64,000 bases of DNA, from IMG/VR virus record IMGVR_UViG_3300010373_000007, positions 4,792-68,791 of that record; one strand, given 5' to 3'. The position numbers were made by a program, and so were the translations under genes. The notes under the pieces are model-generated. The model ran no database searches, had not been told where the DNA came from, and worked only from the letters and a program-made list of their open reading frames with translations. The stretch is from a virus. Below, in pieces: positions 60,006-64,000 of this stretch (within the stretch, counting starts at the first letter, position 1; every line of letters starts with the position of its first letter).

Positions 60006-60703
60006 GCCAACTCGGCGAGCTTGCGCCGTGCTCGGACCGCCCCGCGATCGGCCCGCACGCGCTGCCCGAGACGGTGCAGGGCCGCGGAGAGCCCGACCGA
60101 GCTGTTGCCGGTGATCCAGGCCGCGTCGGAGATCGGCGTCTCGCTGTCCCGCGACAGGGCGACCTCCAGGCCGCGCCGCTGGCGTTCCGGAAGGGCGCAG
60201 AGGTGCGAACGGACGAGCCGCCCGACCTCAGCGCGCGCCGCCCGCGCGTCCGCCGCCGCGCGCCGCGCCGTCGGATCGTCCCCGCCCGAGATGTCGATCG
60301 GATCTGAACGCGGGTCGACGTTGGCGTTGTCGCGGGCCGCCGACTTGCCACCCTTCAAGGCGACATGGCCGCAACCGATCAGGGGCATGTATCCGACCGG
60401 CGCCTCCCGCGCGAAGCGGTCGTAGACACTGGCCGCGCACGCCGCGCGCCTCCCCTGGTAGATCACCTTCAGGCGGGCCGCCTTGAAGTGGTAGACGCGG
60501 TTCCCGGCGCAGAGCGGGACGCCCCGCAGGACGACCCCCTCCCAGACGGCGAGCGCCGCCCACTGGAAGGCGTCCTCCTCGTCCCCGTGCAGCTCGCCGC
60601 GCGCGCGCATCGTCGCGAGCACCATCCGCACGAACTCCTCAAGCTCCCGCGACTCTGGGGGCTTGACCGCCCCGGCGCGCGCCCTGACAATCGACTTCGA
60701 CAC
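59999..60703 (-). CDS. Sigma-70-family (ECF-like) factor candidate
   Basis: 234 aa. DEEDAFQWAALAVWEG is region-2-like. LPERQRRGLEVAL...ISDAAWITGNSSVGLSAALHRLGQRVR is region-4 HTH-like. Confidence 0.55.
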   Translation of the reverse strand: MSKSIVRARAGAVKPPESRELEEFVRMVLATMRARGELHGDEEDAFQWAALAVWEGVVLRGVPLCAGNRVYHFKAARLKVIYQGRRAACAASVYDRFAREAPVGYMPLIGCGHVALKGGKSAARDNANVDPRSDPIDISGGDDPTARRAAADARAARAEVGRLVRSHLCALPERQRRGLEVALSRDSETPISDAAWITGNSSVGLSAALHRLGQRVRADRGAVRARRKLAELAA

Positions 60704-60792
60704 TGGATCCCTCCTGGCTGGGTGGGTTCTGGTTCGTTGGTTGGGGCGGCGGCGCCGGGTTCCCCCTGATTTCCCGGCGCCGCCACCTCGTT

Positions 60793-61272
60793 TCAGGCGG
60801 CGCGCGCCTGGAGCCGGTAGGACGGGACCACGAACGAGTCCCCCTTGAGGCCATCGCGATCCACCTGTACCTTCGCCTGCTTCCCCTTGACGTCGAGGAC
60901 GACGAGCGAGGCCAGGTCGTCCTTGTCGAAGAAGTCAGTGTACTTGCCGGCGTGGCGCGGCTTGACCATCGCCAGCGACCCGGCGACCAGGACGTCACGC
61001 CCGCCGATGCGCGGCTCCCACTTGGCCTTGGTCAGCGCCAGGAGCGCCTCCGACATCGCCGTGCACACCTGGACGGCCTGATCGGCGTACGCGGCGGCAG
61101 CCTGGATCTTGTCCTTCGTCTCCTGCGGGGCGGATGCCCCGGCGGCGACGAGGAGCTTGTTCACCCCCCGGGCGTAGTCGCCGAACTTGACGACCTTGGC
61201 GTTGATGGGGTCGAGCTTCGACTTCCGCTTCTTGGCGGGCGTGGCTGCGCCCCCCTCTTTCTTCGGTGACAT
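60793..61272 (-). CDS. Hypothetical protein with Lys-rich N-terminal tail
   Basis: 159 aa. ATG preceded by AGGAGGG. First gene after the AT-rich island at 61.3 kb. Confidence 0.6.
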   Translation of the reverse strand: MSPKKEGGAATPAKKRKSKLDPINAKVVKFGDYARGVNKLLVAAGASAPQETKDKIQAAAAYADQAVQVCTAMSEALLALTKAKWEPRIGGRDVLVAGSLAMVKPRHAGKYTDFFDKDDLASLVVLDVKGKQAKVQVDRDGLKGDSFVVPSYRLQARAA

Positions 61273-61336
61273 GGCATCCCTCCTGATTTTTGGCTGGGCG
61301 GAGCCAACCGGCGCCGCATGAGGGACACCCTAACCC

Positions 61337-61372
61337 ATAATATCGCCCGATGGGAAACTATTTTATCGGGCG
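61337..61372 (-). promoter_or_regulatory. AT-rich -10-like island (GCGATATTATGGG on gene strand) adjoining an 8-bp hairpin
   Basis: TATTAT at 61337-61342. Arms 61344-61351 and 61365-61372 (CGCCCGAT/ATCGGGCG) with a 13-nt AT-rich loop. About 65 nt upstream of ATG 61272. Confidence 0.4.
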
Positions 61373-61605
61373 TTCGGAACCGTCGTGGTTCCGTGGGGAT
61401 GCGGCGAGCAATCTGGGCACCGGCAGGAGCATGGTTCGGCGCGGACGGCTTCGATCGCGGCGGCGATGACCGCCACCGGATCGTGCACGCTTGGCCCGAA
61501 TGCGTTCACCATCCCCTTGCCCATCTCCGCTGAGCGCTCCGCCGCGCGCTGGGCGTCCCGCCAAGCGTCCTCGGCGATCGACCGGGCTGGGCGGCGGATC
61601 GGCAT
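61363..61605 (-). CDS. Hypothetical small protein
   Basis: Internal ATG 61605 in a TGATG overlap, 80 aa. Contains CSCRCPDC. Confidence 0.4.
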   Translation of the reverse strand: MPIRRPARSIAEDAWRDAQRAAERSAEMGKGMVNAFGPSVHDPVAVIAAAIEAVRAEPCSCRCPDCSPHPHGTTTVPNAR

Positions 61606-61817
61606 CAGGACCCGCTGTACGGCCCGGGAACGCGCTTCGCCTGGCGCCCGCGGCGGACGGGGAACTGGAACGTCCCGGCGCACTCAGGGCGGCGCCACTG
61701 GCCATCAACCCGGCGGCTACGCGGCGCGCGCGGGTCGGCGTGGACGGTGAGGCGGAGCGCGGGGCCCATGCGGCGGAGGGAGATCTCGCGCCGGCAGACG
61801 CGGCAACGGCCCATCAC
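61605..61817 (-). CDS. Hypothetical small basic protein
   Basis: 70 aa, CRVC...C. Coupled to the rusA stop. Confidence 0.4.
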   Translation of the reverse strand: MMGRCRVCRREISLRRMGPALRLTVHADPRAPRSRRVDGQWRRPECAGTFQFPVRRGRQAKRVPGPYSGS

Positions 61818-62284
61818 TCGACGAGCCCCGGAAGGACCGGACCGGACTCGGTGGCCGGCGGCGGCTTGTAATCGACCGGCTCAACGGTGATGGTCGCCCC
61901 TTCGTCGCCGGGATCGGCGTAGGTCTTCGTGACGATCTTCTCGCAGATCCGCGAGTCGTCGTCGTAGATGGTGCCGATCATCGAATCGAGCGTGGCGCGC
62001 GTGAGCTTGTCGATATCGGGCTTCACGATCGGGTAGGGCGTCCGGCGCCCGGTGGCGTTGAGCCCGTTCTTCCCCCAGTGCCCGGACGGCCGCGCGAGCC
62101 GGAACCCCAGGATCACGCGGAGCGCGGTCTCAACATAGACCGGCCCTTCTGCCTCCGGTGCGAACAGGTTGCGGGCGTTGCTCGCCTCCGCGCGGACCGC
62201 GGCGTCCCAGGTCCGCAGCTTGGCGCGGGCCGTGTCCGATCCAGAAGCACCGAGGACCGCGTGCGGATTCGGTCCCCGGGTCAT
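61814..62284 (-). CDS. rusA: RusA-family Holliday junction resolvase
   Basis: 156 aa. ...VKPDIDKLTRATLDSMIGTIYDDDSRI... is the RusA catalytic motif. Confidence 0.8.
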   Translation of the reverse strand: MTRGPNPHAVLGASGSDTARAKLRTWDAAVRAEASNARNLFAPEAEGPVYVETALRVILGFRLARPSGHWGKNGLNATGRRTPYPIVKPDIDKLTRATLDSMIGTIYDDDSRICEKIVTKTYADPGDEGATITVEPVDYKPPPATESGPVLPGLVE

Positions 62285-62337
62285 GAAGGCGCGCGCGGAT
62301 CCCTTCGGCGCCGGCGACCCCAGGACGTCGAACCGGA

Positions 62338-62538
62338 TCAGTTTGGCCTCCGGAACTGCCGGTCGTAGTCCTCGTCGAAGTCCGATACCGGCGCGCCCTG
62401 GCCGAGCATTTTCCCGGCGCAGTACATCCCCCGGCAGACCCCGCGGAAGAACCCCGCGCGCCGCCCGGTGACGAACCCGACCAGGGTCGCAAGTCCGATC
62501 GAAAACACCTCGATGGCGAGGAGGGCCAGGATCCGCAT
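62338..62538 (-). CDS. Small membrane protein
   Basis: ATG 62538, 66 aa. MRILALLAIEVFSIGLATLVGFV. Start follows a GGCGTAACAT box by 10 nt, no SD. Confidence 0.5.
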   Translation of the reverse strand: MRILALLAIEVFSIGLATLVGFVTGRRAGFFRGVCRGMYCAGKMLGQGAPVSDFDEDYDRQFRRPN

Positions 62539-62545
62539 GGGGGAG

Positions 62546-62555
62546 ATGTTACGCC
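62546..62555 (-). promoter_or_regulatory. GGCGTAACAT box
   Basis: GGCGTAACATCTCCCCC-ATG(62538). Confidence 0.4.
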
Positions 62556-62599
62556 GCCCGCGCGGCGCGGTCATCCCGAGCGGCGGCGCGCGAAGTCCT

Positions 62600-62836
62600 C
62601 TAGCTGGCGGGCGTGGTCGTGGGCAGCGTCGGCGAGATCCCGGGCAGCGTCGGCGAGGTCCCATGCGAGCGCCGCGCGATGATCCGATCCAGCTTCCCCC
62701 CAAAGGCGTCGAGCCGTGCGGACGCGATCGAGATCGCCCAATAAAGCTCGTTCGAGTCCTCTCCAGGCTGCGCCGAGAGGGACGTCAGGACGTCGTGCAT
62801 TGAGGTCCACTGGGGTCGTCGTGTCATCATCGTCAT
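62600..62836 (-). CDS. Hypothetical protein
   Basis: 78 aa. Higher GC3 than the overlapping frame 62571..62864. Contains an 18-19-nt tandem DNA repeat near 62621-62660. Confidence 0.4.
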   Translation of the reverse strand: MTMMTRRPQWTSMHDVLTSLSAQPGEDSNELYWAISIASARLDAFGGKLDRIIARRSHGTSPTLPGISPTLPTTTPAS

Positions 62837-62870
62837 CTCCTGTCGGCGGTGGTGGCGTGGACATCTAAGC

Positions 62871-63191
62871 CTACGGCTTCCGTTCTGGCGCGGTGGTGGG
62901 CTCGCTCACGAAGTCCATCGCGGTCGTGGGGGTTCCGGTCTTCGGGAGCTCGGCCGGCGCCGTCGCCCCGCCAGCGCGCACGTACCGCCAAGCCTTGACG
63001 GCCGCGCCACCAAGCGCGGAGGCGGCGCCGACCAGTCCGGCCACGACGCTCACGACCTTCGTCCAGCGCTTCGCGTGGGCCACCAGTCGCGCGTCCCAGG
63101 GCCGCAAGGCGTCCGGCCGCTGCCAACGTGCCCGGCGCGCCACCTCGTCGCTCTGCGCAACGCTGAGGTGGTCTGGCTTCCGGGGCGACAT
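62871..63191 (-). CDS. Membrane protein (one span)
   Basis: 106 aa. VVSVVAGLVGAASALGGAAV. Confidence 0.5.
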   Translation of the reverse strand: MSPRKPDHLSVAQSDEVARRARWQRPDALRPWDARLVAHAKRWTKVVSVVAGLVGAASALGGAAVKAWRYVRAGGATAPAELPKTGTPTTAMDFVSEPTTAPERKP

Positions 63192-63222
63192 GCCACATCG
63201 TACGCGTGTCCCGGTGCCAGCG

Positions 63223-63636
63223 TCAGCCCTTTGGCGCGGCGGGCGGCGGCTGGTCGAGCGGCGGCTTCCCGAGCAGCGCGCGCGCGCCCTGGCGGCCGCC
63301 GATCACACCGAGCAGGATGCCGACTGCCCCGATGACGCCGTACAGGTGGGCGTGGGCCGTCGGGTCCCCCAACTTACCGGTCGCGTGGGCGACCAGCAGG
63401 GCGGACGTCGCACTGCTCAAGTAGCTGAAGACCTTCGCGAGTGTCGGGCTGACCGGCCACGGCAGGACGCCTAGCTGGCCGAGCACGCCGGAGCCAGCGA
63501 GGATCAGCGAGGCCCCCCATGCCGGAACGCCCAGAACGCTCTCTCCGATCGCGTCCGTCGTCGCGGCGAGCACCAGGGCGATCCAGGGGAGGATGTACTT
63601 CGCGAGCCAGCGCCCGGCGGCCTTGATCTTGTCCAT
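63223..63636 (-). CDS. Multi-span membrane protein (holin-like or exclusion-like)
   Basis: 137 aa with about four hydrophobic segments. Confidence 0.5.
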   Translation of the reverse strand: MDKIKAAGRWLAKYILPWIALVLAATTDAIGESVLGVPAWGASLILAGSGVLGQLGVLPWPVSPTLAKVFSYLSSATSALLVAHATGKLGDPTAHAHLYGVIGAVGILLGVIGGRQGARALLGKPPLDQPPPAAPKG

Positions 63637-63650
63637 AGCCGGAAATGGTC

Positions 63651-64000
63651 TCAGGGCTTGCGGGTCGGCGTCAAGGGTGGCCGCTCGGCGAGCTGCTTCC
63701 TGAGCGCGGCGATCTCATCGTCCTTGGCCTTCTCCCTGGCCACCGCCTCGGGCGTGCTCGCGTTCATAAAGGCCACGACATCCGCGCTGACGTCCTTCGC
63801 CCCCGCCACCGGGGACACCGGGAGGATGACCAGGCCGCGCGACTCGGCGAGCTTGGCGACCGCGGCGTCGCGGGCGGCGATCAGCTTGGCGTCCGATTCC
63901 TGGACGGCGTGTTGGGCGTCCTGCTGGACCTTGGCGAGGACCGCGCCGGCGCTCTCGACCTTCGCGTCCTTTCCCTTCCCGCCGGCCGTCTTCGCGTCCG
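63651..64000 (-). CDS. Hypothetical coiled-coil protein, N-terminus beyond window end
   Basis: Open minus frame ending ...IAALRKQLAERPPLTPTRKP-TGA at 63651. Not in the track because no start lies in the window. Confidence 0.5.
   Translation of the reverse strand, partial: DAKTAGGKGKDAKVESAGAVLAKVQQDAQHAVQESDAKLIAARDAAVAKLAESRGLVILPVSPVAGAKDVSADVVAFMNASTPEAVAREKAKDDEIAALRKQLAERPPLTPTRKP

Larger units (their letters stand above)
1..64000. mobile_element. Contractile-tailed phage / prophage genome segment (ends not in window)
   Basis: Contiguous terminase, portal, capsid, sheath, tube, tape-measure and baseplate genes plus replication, recombination and lysis genes, nearly all on one strand. 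No integrase or att site seen. Confidence 0.85.

Noticed and set aside
26649-62555. The GGCGTAA motif as nothing more than Ala-TAA gene ends
   Set aside because: The TAA is the upstream gene's stop in only four copies. At 26652 and 52184 the real stop is a separate codon next to the box. The conserved bases extend beyond the stop, and the distance to the next start is fixed in several cases.
26600-62600. A conserved ECF-type -35 (GGAAC) partner for the GGCGTAA boxes
   Set aside because: GGAAC occurs upstream of only two boxes (26.6 kb and 35.2 kb), at 40-45 nt, which is too far. The other sites have no shared -35 at 15-18 nt. The sigma link is therefore reported only as a hypothesis.
62571-62864. 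97-aa ORF overlapping 62600..62836 in another frame
   Set aside because: GC3 is clearly lower (about half versus about four-fifths in the sampled stretch) than in the competing frame. Its plausible-looking DLADAARDLADAA segment arises from the 18-19-nt tandem DNA repeat.
1-64000. Integrase, excisionase, att sites, transposases, or reverse transcriptase / DGR elements near the fibre genes
   Set aside because: No ORF shows tyrosine- or serine-recombinase, DDE or RT motifs, and I saw no template/variable repeat pair. The ends of the element appear to lie outside the window.

Overview
GC-rich window (third codon positions are almost all G/C) that is essentially one long segment of a contractile-tailed dsDNA phage or prophage. 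About 100 genes are packed on the minus strand. Many are translationally coupled through ATGA, GTGA or TGATG stop/start overlaps.

Layout, read in the direction of transcription (high to low coordinates):
- 64.0-41.3 kb: early, replication and recombination genes. These include membrane proteins, RusA, a sigma-factor-like protein, an HTH protein, a FEN-exonuclease/RecT-like fusion, an SSB-like protein, HNH and DUF968-type nucleases, a zinc-ribbon initiator-like protein carrying iterons, a primase-helicase, three lipoproteins with a papain-like peptidase, Gp37/Gp68, ASCH, YkgJ, DUF932, a tandem-HTH regulator, a Dam-like methyltransferase and a GH25 lysozyme.
- 41.3-28.7 kb: DNA-modification and accessory genes. 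These include ParB-like and DNA methyltransferase ORFs, two sugar-transferase-like proteins, DUF488, a 26-unit pentapeptide-repeat protein, MazG-like, Lar-like and SLOG/DUF2493 proteins, and many small Cys-rich proteins.
- 28.6-4.3 kb: complete virion module. It runs TerS, TerL, portal, MuF-like, protease/scaffold, decoration-like, major capsid, neck, sheath, tube, chaperone with -1 frameshift, tape measure, hub, gp25-like, double baseplate-J, wedge and fibre candidate.
- Left edge: three small genes, two of them on the plus strand, then a gene of at least 995 codons for a secreted repeat protein that runs off the window.

A three-gene plus-strand cassette sits inside the head module. I saw no rRNA, tRNA, CRISPR array, integrase or transposase.

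Observations most worth follow-up:
- An 11-copy GGCGTAAYCT box (coding-strand reading) found only in intergenic gaps, which may be the target of the sigma-like gene.
- An origin-like iteron / GATC / homopolymer block inside the initiator-like gene.
- A recombination-prone pentapeptide-repeat gene.
- A MazG cassette bracketed by identical 16-bp junctions.
- A split ParB/methyltransferase.
- A sugar-transferase cluster.
- A lipoprotein/peptidase module.

All family calls come from motif recognition by eye, not from searches. Many long Arg/Pro/Gly-rich ORFs in the track are off-frame shadows and were ignored.
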